NCBI GenBank assembly: GCA_951406725.2
Contig: OX597834.1
Location: 23,746,001-23,810,000 of the forward strand
Source of the DNA: Octopus vulgaris
Taxonomy: Eukaryota
Length of the DNA stretch: 64,000 nucleotides
Direction: 5' to 3'
Below the pieces are notes generated by a model. It searched no databases. It saw only the letters and a program-made list of their open reading frames with translations, and was not told the origin of the DNA. A program made the translations under genes and the position numbers. Shown here one piece after another: positions 1 to 11,949 of the stretch; within the stretch, counting starts at the first letter, position 1, and each line of letters starts with the position of its first letter.

Positions 1-418
1 GCTTTGACGCGGATCTGATTCAATAGTCTCATTCAAAAATTCGTCATTCAGGGCGGGTCGTCTTCCAGAGCGAGGCCTGTCGGATATGTCATAATCACCA
101 TCTTTAAACCTTTTAAACCACAGCCGACACGTACGAGCTTTCACTGCATCCGGATACACTTCACAAATGTTTTTCATTGCTTCTGTAGTGGAACTATTCC
201 TTCGAAACTCATACAGTAAACAATGACGAATATGTTGTTTGTGAAATTTCTTTTCATCCATGGAATTAATTACTGAAATAGCTTTGACAGAAGAGACGAT
301 ATACTATTTCTAGGCATTTCCCTCCCATTCGACCTTAACTGTGACTTGATTGGTTGATACATATTTCATAGTGGTCAAAAACAAAAAAAATACGCAATTA
401 CTTTCCGAGCACATCATT
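1..418 (-). mobile_element. 5' end of a mariner (Mos1/SETMAR-like) transposon; transposase ORF starts at 261 and runs off the window
   Basis: Minus-strand translation from ATG 261 is open for 87 codons: MDEKKFHKQHIRHCLLYEFRRNSSTTEAMKNICEVYPDAVKARTCRLWFKRFKDGDYDISDRPRSGRRP. This is the mariner HTH region (WF.RF..G....D..RSGR). A TIR-like sequence lies at ~385-418. Confidence 0.85.
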
Positions 419-530
419 ATATGTATGTGTGTATACGTACAGGTGTGGCTGTGTAGTAGAAAGCTTGCTTCCTAACCACGTGTTTTAAGGTTCATCCCCA
501 CTGCATGGTACCTTGGGCAAGTGTCGTCTG

Positions 531-905
531 GGATCTTTTCGGTTTGAACGGCAGTTTTTTCTAGCGGTGTCATATGAAATTGTCACCCATAATTATGACC
601 CTAGTATCGATCTATTGCATTTCAATCTGTTTTAGGGTTAGGGTGGGGGGAAGGGTATAAACCCAATCTGTTTCTTAAACGAGGGACATATTCATACGGC
701 ACATAATGTTTTCACCTCAATAGACGTCATTGATTGGTTGAAATTGAAGAAAAAAAAACAAATATCTTACAAACTATAGAATTTTCTCAATAAAGCCAAG
801 AGAAAAAGATGTTTTATAAACACATTCTACCAGTATACGAAATTTAAACGTGTTTAGTTACGTGGAAATTATTTTAAAAAATTGCCGGTCAAACCGAAAA
901 GATCC
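531..905. mobile_element. MITE with GGATCTTTTC TIRs (Merlin-type), nested in a SINE
   Basis: TIRs ggatcttttcggtttgaacggcagttttt / aaaaattgccggtcaaaccgaaaagatcc. Degenerate 8-bp TSD gtcgtctg/gtcatttg. Splits a SINE spanning ~440-1170. Confidence 0.8.
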
Positions 906-1171
906 GTCATTTGTTATAGTATTGGGCCTACCAAAGCTTTGTTAGTGGAATTAGTAGATGGAAACTAAAAGCAGCCTATTGTACATGTGTGTAGCTGTGT
1001 GTCTTTGCATTTGTGTTTGTTCCCACCACCACTTGACGATGGGTGTTGGTGTGTTTACATCCCTGTAACTTGGTGGTTCAGCAAAAGAAACAGATAGAAT
1101 AAGTACCAGGTTTTAAAAACATAAGCACTGCGATTGAATCAAATGACTGAAACAAATAAAGGTAAAAGATT

Positions 1172-1545
1172 TGTGGCTGTGTGGTAAGTAGCTTGCTTAC
1201 CAACTACATGATTCCAGGTTCATTCCCACTACGTGGCACCTTGGGTGTCTTCTACTATAACCTCGGGCCGACCAAAGCCTTGTGAGTGGATTTGGTAGAC
1301 GGAAACTAAAAGAAGCCTGTCATATATATATATATGTGCGTGCGTGTTTGTCCCCCCAACATCGCTTGACAACCGATGCTGTTGTGTTTACGTCCTCGTA
1401 ACTTAGCAGCAAAAGAGACCGATAGAATAAGTACTAGGCTTACAAAGAATAAATCCTGGGGTCGATTTGCTTGATTAAAAGGTGGTGCTCCAGCATGGCC
1501 ACAGTCAAATGACTGAAACAAGTAAAAGAGAGAGTAAAGAGATAT
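1172..1545 (+). mobile_element. tRNA-derived SINE (abundant family; further copies ~440-1170, 2040-2370, 2397-2610, 7645-8005, 62398-62781)
   Basis: Head gtggctgtgtggtaagtagcttgc...ggttc(c)gggttcagtcccactgcgtggcaccttggg with A/B-box-like motifs, and tail cagtcaaatgactgaaacaagtaaaaga. Repeated many times in the window. Confidence 0.85.
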
Positions 1546-2629
1546 CATCCTTTAATGTTTCCATGCTGGCATAGGTTGGATGGTTTGGTTGGAGCTGGTA
1601 AGCCAGAGAGCTGCACCAGTATCCAGTCTGATTTGGCTTGGTTTACAGCGTGTGCTGGGTGCTTTTAACATGATACTGCACGAGTGCTATTACAGGACCC
1701 TTGTGGCACTGGTACAGAACCCTTGTAGGCCAATCTTCCTCACCAGGGAGAGCAACCTTAACACTTCTGCCGTATAGGACAGGTCTTCTTGAGGACAGCA
1801 AGGTACCACGTATCTCAGTATATATACAAGATAGCAGCATACGGTTGTGCGCACAATGAGAGCTAGCAGTGACCTTCATGAGGTAATGTGCCAAATGACA
1901 TCATTGGGTTTACTTTGCAGGTTGTGAAATTTGCGTTTTTGTGATCACATGTATGCTGTAGTCTGTGATTTTTGTCATGGACATGGTCAGTGCATAGATA
2001 TACAGGTGTATAAAAATATATACAGATGCTGGTTGTATATCTATCTTCATCTAAGTTTGCTTTCCAACCATGGTTTTCAGTTCTTCCACTATAGTAGAAG
2101 TATCCTCTACAATAAGCCTTAGGCCAAGCAAAGCCTTGTCAGTGAATTTGATATGCAGTAACAGAAAGAAGCCCATTATCTATATATATGTGTGGTTGTC
2201 ACCCACCACTACCTGACGACCAGTGTTGGTTTATGTACATTCCTATCACTTAGCAGTGAGGTAAAAGACACTGACAGAATAAGTGCTGGTGTAAATTTGT
2301 TTGATGAAACACTTCAGGGTGGTGCTCCAGCATGGCAGCAGACCAATGACTGAAATATGTACAAAGATTAAAAAAAAAAGAAGTTATATAATATAGGTGC
2401 AGGAGTGGCTATGTGGTAAGTAGCTTGTTTACCAACCACATGGTTCCAGGTTCGGTCCCACTGCGTGGCACCTTGGGCAAGTGTCTTCTGCTATAGCCCC
2501 AGGCCGACCAATGCCTTGTGAGTGGATTTGGTAGACGGAAACTGAAAGAAGCCTGTCGTATATATGTATGTGTGTCTGTGTTTGTCCCCCTACCATTGCT
2601 TGACCACCGGTTTTTCTGTGCACTTCATT

Positions 2630-3247
2630 ATCCTGGTGATAAGCACAATTCCACTGCATCCGTTTCAGTTTGTGAATAGCTGTGAGAGAATAATTTAATG
2701 CAGATATCAAATAGAAGTAGCTTTTCTCTGGTGTGAAAGCATTGATGTTCTGTTAAATAACTCCTAGAGAATGATTTGCCACAAATATCACATGGCAACC
2801 TCACTAGTGCTGGTGCCAGGAAAATAGTACCCAATATTCTGGCCTGTTTAACTGTGTTTAGTTAATTTCCTACTTCTAGAGAACGATATACCACAGATAA
2901 CAAAGTGACATGATTTCTCTCCTGAATGAATGTATTTGTATCTAGTCAAGTCTGTTTCCAGAGAATGATTTGCCATAGATATCACATAGATATGTTATGC
3001 ACACTACTGTCATGGCTTCTCTCATGTTTGAATGTGTCTTTGAGTGGTTAAATTACATCTAGGAAGGAGAGAAGGATTTATCGCAAATATCAGTGGTGTG
3101 GATTTTCTCCTGCGAGACTGCCTTTGTGAGTAATTAAGGTATATTTATTATAAAAAGATCTGCTACAGATATCACAGCAATATGATGGTCTTCAGGAAAA
3201 TCAATCCTTTTAGGCAGTTTTGCTTTTGCCTCTTCACACAATTTCAT
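2630..3247 (-). pseudogene. Decayed C2H2 zinc-finger coding exon
   Basis: Broken finger repeats ([24 protein letters not shown]; YCCDICSRS) with frameshifts and lost Cys/His residues. The start context at 3247 (MKLCEEAKAKLPKRIDFPED) and its upstream sequence resemble those of the intact ZNFs ([19 protein letters not shown]). Confidence 0.8.
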
Positions 3248-4792
3248 TGATATTACTTTTCTCACTGTAACATGTATACATCATACTTAACAAGTATTTC
3301 TACAGTTTTATTTCTATCAATGAGGTCTTTGTTCTAATCTGAAGATTCTGGAAATTTCTTTGAAAATTAATTCAAGCTCATTCTGAATGCATTCAAGCAT
3401 AGATTTATAGATACCAGGTCATTTCTATTGCTGTTGCAATTATTGAAATTTTAAGATTAAGAGAAAATTTTCAAATTTGGTATATCGATATAATTTTTCA
3501 TGCTGAATCTGATTCTCTTATTCACTATTCCAACATTTTTTTTTTTTTTGAAAAATGTTACATAGGTTTAAAGTTTGATAATTTTTATCCAACCAGAAAA
3601 TAGGATCTGAAAGTTGGCATCTTTGGCATGAGAGGCTATCACAGAATGAAAGTAAAAATATTATAACCATAAAATTTCATTATATAAATTGAAAGCAAAA
3701 CATTATGATGGCATACATTATAAGAAGTTCTGAAGTTTTAATAATATTTAATGAACATTTAATGTAAAATGGTGAAACAAGCATGTAAAGAATTTAGAAA
3801 GGAAAAAAAGTTGAGAATAAAATTTTTTTGAAAAATATTACCAAACAAACAAACTATATGTTAAGGTTGGGGTTGGAGCTTAGGGTAGAAATGGACAAAT
3901 AGGAATATAAGCAATTTAGAAAGGGAAAATCCCAAATTAAATTTTTGGCAGAAGTGAAGTGTTTGCATCCCTACCCTAAACAGGAATCCAAAGAAATTTT
4001 TGAAAAAGAAAAAATTAGCAGAAGTGTTTGCATCTCTACCCACTTCTGTTTATTTTTTATTTTTCAAAAATTTCTTTGGATTCCTGTTTTTGATTTCAGA
4101 GATTATGATTCTGCCAAAAAAACACATTTTCAAAATATTAATTTCCCCCTCCCCATCCCAATTTTTTAATCCACACAGAAAAATACAGAGATTACAAACT
4201 TGCAAAAGAAATTTTTTTAATTAAATTTTAATTTTTCTTAAAAAACACTCAATTTCCCTCCCCTCCTCCACTTCCCAGCTTTCAGCTAACAACTTCATGT
4301 TTTACCCATGCGTAGATTTCTACTAAAACAATGGAATAAAAGTATCAAATCATTAGCAGAAAAACCTGACATGCTAGAAATAACAGCTAAATGACATAAT
4401 TTCTTAAAAAAGTTCATATTGAAGATCAGATTTTTAAATACGCTAATCAGAAAAAAGTTGGTTTCAATTGGAGTTGAGCTGTAGTTTTCCGCATGCAAAT
4501 AGCAAGAAATAACATAATCCATGTTTTACCCAGTGTGTATGTATGATCTCTGTATTTTTCTACACTGAATAAAAAAAAAAAATTTAATTGGGGTAGGGAA
4601 GGGGGAAATAAATTTTGAAAATGTTTTTTTTTTTGGCAAAATCATAATCTCCTATATCAAAAACAGGAATCCAAAAAAATTTTTGAAAAAATGCGAAAGA
4701 GTGCAAAGGCTTTACACCTGCCAAGTTCTTTTGTCAAAAATTAAATTAAAAAACAAACAAAAAAAAAAGCAATACATTTTTATTGAGAAAAT

Positions 4793-5683
4793 TCAAAAAC
4801 AAAAGCTTGAAATACACTCAAGGAGTTTCTCAAACAAATTACAATTCTTATATCTCTTGCGCCACATACTCTCACAGAGATACAAGTCAATGGTAGAACT
4901 TTCGGTCCCACAACGTTGTTTTCTCCGTCGTTTTAAAGGGATCCCTGTGTTTTCCACTAGTTTCATGTAGATACCACCTTCTGAGTTAACAAATTCCACA
5001 CTGTGGTTCACCGTTCTATAACGCAACTCGTAACCATCAATTTTAAGAATGGGAGAATAGGACTCCCAAATGTCACTGAAAATTGTGGTTCCTGGAAGAA
5101 CCGACTGACGTATGCATTCCTCTAGTGTGTCGCGATTCAGACATGATGCCGCGTAAAGGAAAACATCCTTGGTCTCGCGACACACTCCTCCAAACACCCA
5201 CTGCTCAGGTAGCAAACTTCTTCGGTTAGATTTACCTCTTGAGAAGACTATTTCGTCTAAGTCAACAGTCTTCCCAGGACCACCTATCTGAACTGGGTGG
5301 CGGAGCAAGTCCTCTGCACATATTTCACGAACATAGCTGTTGTAATCAACAGCTGTGCCGTGGTTGATCCCAAGTTCTTCAATACAAAAACGGATTGAAG
5401 TCAATTCCTTGGACCATGCGTAAAGGAAAAGCACTACAGTTTTAAGAGGAAGAGTGCTACCTTCCAACCATGTTCCTCTTCTGACAGAAATACGCACACC
5501 GCATGCTTTGTGGGAGCATCGCCAACAAATCGTTCCATCACGCATCCTTTTCTTCATATAGTGTTTGTTTGCACATAATTTCCTTTTAGGGATAATACCC
5601 TTTTCTTGTAAATAAGAAACCACATCCTCCTCAGTTTTCAATTTCTCCATCAGACTTGAAAGGTGAGAGTTGGCTGTGGCCAT
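4793..5683 (-). CDS. Merlin / IS1595-family (ISXO2-like) DDE transposase-derived protein, 296 aa, intact ORF
   Basis: First ATG at 5683 (MATANSHL...; the ORF track extends to a non-ATG start at 5836). N-terminal Zn-ribbon-like C-x3-H...WRC-x4-C, then SVRRGTWLEGS, IGGPGKTVDLDE, WVFGGVCR, PGTTIFSDIWESY, TVNHSVEFV, LVE and YLCESMWR, all typical of DDE_Tnp_IS1595. Strong acceptor at 5986-5987 and AATAAA at 4779-4784. Confidence 0.88.
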   Translation of the reverse strand: MATANSHLSSLMEKLKTEEDVVSYLQEKGIIPKRKLCANKHYMKKRMRDGTICWRCSHKACGVRISVRRGTWLEGSTLPLKTVVLFLYAWSKELTSIRFCIEELGINHGTAVDYNSYVREICAEDLLRHPVQIGGPGKTVDLDEIVFSRGKSNRRSLLPEQWVFGGVCRETKDVFLYAASCLNRDTLEECIRQSVLPGTTIFSDIWESYSPILKIDGYELRYRTVNHSVEFVNSEGGIYMKLVENTGIPLKRRRKQRCGTESSTIDLYLCESMWRKRYKNCNLFEKLLECISSFCF

Positions 5684-8600
5684 ACTTCTATTTAGTTTGA
5701 AAAGATCCAGGAAAACACACAGTTCAAAATGAGGTAGTGACAGGACAGCAACCAAAAATATGAGTTTCACAAAAAAAGAAAACAAAGAAAAAAACGCTGA
5801 GATGAAAATAATGCTCAGAAAATAGGAACTCGTCAAAGAAAACAGACAAGTGTGGTAGTAGTTTTAAGCAGAATACAGTTCAGAACAATAGAAAACTGTG
5901 ACAGAAACAGAAAAGATTTTATATTCTTTTACTATATGTCCTTTATCCTCTGAAAATGATGTTTATGCCAACATAATCTGGTTTTCTGAAAGAGAGAAAA
6001 AGTGGAAGATATAAAGAGTAGGCAAGAGAAATTCAACAGCAGAAATTTCATAGCAATAAATAACAATGACTACACACCAGGCACATGCCATCAGTAATTA
6101 CTCAGTTGGCTGCCTTTATATAGTAAAGCACAAAAAAATAAGCGAAACACAGGCGCATGACTGAGTTGAAGGCAGATTTACTTCTGCTTTTATAGTACGT
6201 ACAGAAAGCAGTATTGTAGGAATGTATGCAGCACATATACTACAGCAGTACTATGTGTAGCTTAAATACTGAGATTGAAAAACAGGGGAAAATTATGCCT
6301 ACCCAATCTACAAAAAAATTTTTAATTTTGCATTTTATACATAGCAATCAGAGTAACCTTCATAATTTTATGGAATTAGATGCATATTTTGCGATAAAAG
6401 GAAAATGTTGCTATACATCTAGTTTATTCAGGCAGCACATCCCTGCTACATACTAAGCCAGCTCAATGACATTAGTAATAAGTTCACGGAAGCTATAACA
6501 CTAACAACATGGATATCTTTTGGGAAAAGTCTGTCTTAAATTTTTTACCCAACTGAATCGCTTATGTTTATGTGTGTATGTATGCATACTTGCGTAAATA
6601 TATGTGTTTATGCACATGGACATAGAACACATACATACATAGACAAAAAATACATAAACATATGCGACTCACCCGGAAGAAAAAAGGGGGGTTAAGGAAA
6701 TAAAAAATCTTTATGGAAACTGAACAAACACTTTTAGTTTCGATAAACTTTGTCCGAAAGACAGCCCTTTCACATTGTCTAATAGGCAGAATTCTGATCC
6801 AAAAACAATATATATAACACCTCAACTTTTTTTTATTTTTCAAGTGGGGAATTTTCACAGAATTGTGAATTTGAGGGTCAATGTAAAGTTTGAGACCTGT
6901 TAACGAAAACAAAAAAGTACCAGCCTGCTAGGTGTTAACAACTGTGTAGAAAACAAATATGAAAGAAAAAATTTGCACAAACAAACATAGGGTGGTGGGG
7001 AGAGGGCTTTCAGAAAATCCACAAGATCCATTTTCCCCTCATAGCTTTCAGGAAAATGGATATATATTGATGAAATTTTATCGAAATACCATTCAAATGG
7101 CACAAATTATGATTATAAAGACATTTCTGAGGAAATTTTTTTGAAAGGTGGGAAGGACTCAGAAAATTCACACAATCTGTTCTTTCACCTCAGAACTTTC
7201 AGGAAAATGGATATCTTTTAGTGAAATTTTACAGAAGCACCTTTCAAACAACATAAATTACAATTATAAAGAAATTTGTGGGGAATGTGTTTTCCGATGG
7301 GGTGGGGAGAGGACTGTCTGAAAGTTCCCATGATCTAGTTTTTCTCCCCTTCATAATTTTCAGGATCTAGTTTAGCTCCCGGTCACCAAAATATTCTTTC
7401 TTTTTTTTTTTAACCAGATTCCTGTTTTAGATGACGGAGATTCCGAACATGCAAAAAAACCACGTTTGCAAAATTTTTAACATTTTCCCGAAATTCTTTT
7501 TCTCAATCTACATGGAAAAATATAGAGATTGAGAATATGGGGCAAAAAAAACATTCTAATTTCAAATTTTTTATGAAAAACTCCAAAACTGATCAACACC
7601 CACCTTGCCACCCCATCCCAGTGTCTAAAACTTTATTTAACATGTAGGAGTGGCTGTGTGGTAAAAACCTTGCGTCCCACCCACATGGTTCCGGTTTCAG
7701 TCCCACTGAATGGCAACATGGGCAAGTATCTTCCACTATAGCCCCCAGCCAACCAAGGCCTTGTGAGTGGATTTGGTAGACAGAAACTGAAAGAAGCCCG
7801 TCATATATGTGCGTGTGTGTTTGTACCCCTGCCATCACCAGACACCCAATGTTAGTGTGTTCATGTCTCTGTAATTAGCAGTTCAGTAAAAAGGTCGATA
7901 GAATAAGTACTGGGCTTACAAAGAATAAGTCTTGGGGGTCAATTTGTTTGACTACAGGCAGGGCTCCAGCATGGCTGCAGTCAAATGACTGAAATAAATA
8001 AAATACTTCCAGCATGGGACTTCATCCATGTGTATCTGCGGGCAGATGTGTGTGTGTGGGTGTGGGAATCAACAAAAACATTTACAGAAATGAACTTGTA
8101 AAATTTCTATTAAAATTTATCTTTATATGCCACGTTTGCAATTCTCCATATTATTGATAGCAAAGTGTTTATCAAATGAAATTAAAATCCTGGTTCAATG
8201 ACAGATCGATAAAGTTTTAACTTGTTGATAACAACATATTCTTCTTTAATTGAATAGTGCAAAAGAGAGAAAATACAAGGAGAATTTTGGTGGTGAGGAT
8301 CAAACCCCCTGTTTCATTATCACAATTTAAAAAGAAATTCAAATGTGTGATGTTTTTCTTGCACATCAACACCACTCCCCCACACACACTTAGACACGCG
8401 GATACACATGGATGACGTCCCATTTTGGAAGTATGTTAAAGTTTTTATTATTTTGGAAGGAAGACCACAAACATAGGTGCTGAGCCAGTGACTAAATTTG
8501 TAGTATTTTAGTAGGATTACTCTAACGAATGGACACCCAGGTAATGCATCTATCAGAATCATTTACCTTTAAGCAAAAAAAAAAAAAAACCGACGTATAC

Positions 8601-9572
8601 GACAGGTGTATAAAATATATTTCTGTGTACTTCTTTCTCTGTTCATTCGGAAATTGTTGTGCGCACACACACAAACACAAAACTTCTCAACACACTTAGC
8701 TGTTATTTTTAGCATACAGAATTTCGTAGTGAGGGCTTCACATGCCGTGATCCTGTTGCTGTTTCAATATAAATCTACGCAGCAGGATGGGGTGAGGAGG
8801 GGGGGGGTGTTGTTGATCAATTTCGGAGTTTTTCATAGAATATTTGAAATTAAAAATTTTGGAAACGTGTTTTTGTCCATATTCGGAGTCTCCGTCATCA
8901 AAAACATAAAAATCCGATGAAAAAAAAAAGGGGTGGGGTCGCTTTCGGAAGTGGGTGGTGGTGGTGGCTGGGCGCCAAACCCGCCTTTTTTTCAAGGTCA
9001 TGATTTTAAAATAAAAACAGTTCAAATCTGGGTCGTTGTTCAATTTAGGGATATTTAAAAAAGGAAATAAAAAGAGGAAAATAAATAGTGAAGGGACAAA
9101 AGTCAACATAAATATAGTGGACGTTCTTTTATTCTGTTGTTTTAGCCATTTGACTGCAGGCTAAAATTTAGGGTGAGGGTTAGAGTTAGTGACAGGATGT
9201 GGTCTCAGTTTTAGACGCAGCAAATGATTTCAGCTCAATAGAAGCCATAGGATTGGTTAAAATTTGAAAAATTAAACTTACAAATTACAATTTTCTCAAG
9301 AAAGCCAAGAGAAAAAAATGTTTTATTTTGACTCATTCTACCAGTATACGAAGTTTAAAAGAGTTTAGTTGACTAGAAATTGTGTTGAAAACTGCCGTTC
9401 AAAAGGAAAAGATCCCTTAGTGCCAAAATTAGTTACTATTTGTAGCAGGGGCTCATCATTTAGTCCGAGATTAGCCGTCATTCAACAGATCTATAACAAG
9501 TAGGTTGTTCTATCGATTTTCGAAGAAAAGACAGATGAATTAAATAAAATAAACATTTAAAAAAAATAATAC

Positions 9573-9864
9573 CTCATATAATAATAACTATGTTGAATTG
9601 GCAGATAGTAGCTTGGTCTTCGTCGATTGTTGGCTTCCAAGTGTTAGTTAAGGAATGTTGTAGATTGTCGTGTGTAACTGTTGCTGGTGTACGTCAAGAC
9701 AAAGGGATTAATGTACGTTGTGTATGGAATTGGGTTCACAAAACAGTGAAACCAACAGTATCTTGGAAACAGCAGAGGAACCGTATTACATAAGCCTTTA
9801 CCTTCGTGGCTTACTGAGGAATGAATGGAAGGAGTGGGGGGAAACAATGTTGGATGTTCATTGG
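9573..9864 (-). promoter_or_regulatory. Putative ZNF-type promoter (CCAAT) and non-coding first exon, copy upstream of the Merlin ORF and ZNF pseudo-exon
   Basis: Close paralogue of 16666-16956 and 19497-19787, and more distantly of 25866-26197. All share a minus-strand CCAAT (here 9860-9864) and end in GAG|GTAT (donor GT at 9572-9571). Confidence 0.55.
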
Positions 9865-10024
9865 TTAGTTTTGGTCATGTGGTAAGATGTCTAGCAACGT
9901 CCAAGGACTAATTTTGGGAAATATATAAAAATAAACGAGAGTTCCGTGAAGTACGGAATGGAAAAGCAAAGGTCGTCTACTTTATAAAGAAAAAACCCAA
10001 AAAATTTACATAACTTAAAATGTT

Positions 10025-10443
10025 GGCGATGTTACGGTATAAGTACCGGTGTACTTCCGGAAGTACCAGATACATTTAAAAAAAGTGTTGTTTTTTTTTA
10101 TATATATATATGGGGTTTTAGGGTTAGGGTTTGTGTTAGGGTATGTGGCGATGCTTCGGTATTTAAATAATAATAATAAACATTGTGTACAGTGCTCAGG
10201 TGCACTTACAACTCATCTAAAGTGCATATATAATCAGGTGTAGTTTCGACGGATTTCGGTATTTCACACGTGACATTGTTTACATATCTCAAGATAACAG
10301 AAACCCTTTTTTCCCACCCATAACCCAACTCTAACACAAACCTTAACCCTAACCACCCCCATATATAAAAAAAACAAAACACTTTTTTTTTAATGTATCC
10401 GGTACTTCTGGAAGTACACCGGTACTTATACCGTAAAATCGCC
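10025..10443. mobile_element. MITE with GGCGAT TIRs (Merlin-type)
   Basis: Long TIRs ggcgatgttacggtataagtaccggtgtacttccggaagtacc / ggtacttctggaagtacaccggtacttataccgtaaaatcgcc. 8-bp TSD aaaatgtt/aaaatttt. Confidence 0.8.
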
Positions 10444-11334
10444 AAAATTTTTGTTCATTTGAATGAATGAGCAGAAATTTAGAAAATGTACGATCTATTT
10501 GCTGTCGCTTCATTGTCACAAATACTTCCCTGCCTAGCAAACGCGTGTTTATAAACAATTACTTCGTTGATCCACATGAAATTCGAACAAAGAATATTAA
10601 ACTTACATCTTTTCCGCATTGTTATTAACTCTTACACCATTTTTTCCGTATAATCCTTTTTTTTTTAGTGTGGTTTCTAATTAAATACTTCTAAGCTGCC
10701 GAAATTCTTTAGGGCCATAATTGGCCGGACGTGAAGACAGTGACATTTGATAACCTGATGGGAAGAATTAATGTAACGTAGTTAATGCATAGAACGAGTT
10801 TATTTTATACTAGCAGAGATACCTGGTGTTGTTCAGGATTAAAATGGCACAGTTTTTTTTTATTATTATTTTCCTTGTTTCTGACAAGTGACTGCGGTCA
10901 TTCTGGAGCACCACCTTTAGTCGAAGAAATCGATCCCTGGATTTATTCTTTGTAAGCCTAGTACTTATTCTATCGGTGTGTTTTGCCAAACGTGTAAGTT
11001 ATGGGCATGCAAATAGAACAACATCGATTGTCAATCGATGGTGGGGGTACCAACGTAGACACACATACAGACACACCCTCACACACATATATAAACACTG
11101 GCAGACCGGCCAGGTTGCTAGCTTGCTCGAAGACAAGTGGACTCCCGCGCGATTAGGGTCCATATATGCTATAAAAGTAGGTGTCTGTAGACGCGATATA
11201 ATGAGAAAATTCTGTTAATTTTGATAGAATTTGTTGTCTCTTCGTGTTCTTGTTATGAAATTATGAGATGTCACTTGATTTTCGTTTCGGTATTTCACAT
11301 AAGCTTTAATGCTTTTATACATTTTATAAAGAAT

Positions 11335-11812
11335 ACCCTCCATCAGGCATTTGCCATATTCTGAACGCCTTACTTCCCTGGGCATGGACACATTGAAACT
11401 CCGACGTCTGGCAGCTGACTTGGCAGACACCCATAAAATTATCAACCATCTTACAAACAATAACTCTGAGCACCTTTTCAAACTCCACCCGTGGACATAT
11501 TTACAATGTCAGAAAACAGCACAGCTCCCATGACTTTAGGAAACATTTTTTCACGCTGAGAGTTGCTGAAGCATGGAACAAACTGCCGGCATCAGTTGTT
11601 AGTTGTCGGAGCACTGCATCCTTCAAAACTTCCATGCTTTCTGAGATTCGCCAACACTACACCTGATTTCCACCCTCCATACACACACAAGCATGTATCT
11701 GACTCATACATTGTTCGCTTTCCAGACATTTGTACATTACTGCATATACTCTATACACACTTTCTGATAAGTTGTGGTGCACCTGAGCACTGTATACAAT
11801 AATTTCATTATT
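11335..11812 (+). mobile_element. 3' end of a CR1/L2-like LINE (its tail recurs at ~27735-27935 and, inverted, at ~10168-10245)
   Basis: YSERLTSLGMDTLKLRRLAADLADTHKI ... FFTLRVAEAWNKLPASVV is the ORF2 C-terminal signature, followed by a 3' UTR and an (att)n tail. Confidence 0.75.
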
Positions 11813-11949
11813 ATTTTTTTTTTATTACATATCCCATATCTTCCTATTAGATAGTCGTTGTTAGAAATATCCAAACCATAAAAGCAACAAAGAACTTCAA
11901 ATTGTAAATCTTATCCTCGTATCAGGATATGTTATGCCATGGAAATTAA

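Noticed and set aside
5684-5836. Hydrophobic 51-aa N-terminal extension of the Merlin ORF (apparent signal or TM segment)
   Set aside because: It begins at a non-ATG codon and reflects a T-rich leader; homology starts after ATG 5683.
9590-9793. 67-aa + strand ORF (MLNWQIVAW...) present in three copies
   Set aside because: Conservation is explained by recent duplication. The differences are amino-acid changing, the ORF is not evident in the diverged 25.9-kb copy, and the splice and promoter signals are on the - strand.
10115-10355. ttaggg / ccctaa telomere-like motifs (also ~632-642, 9167-9190)
   Set aside because: Only 2-3 degenerate units, all internal to MITEs; not a telomere.
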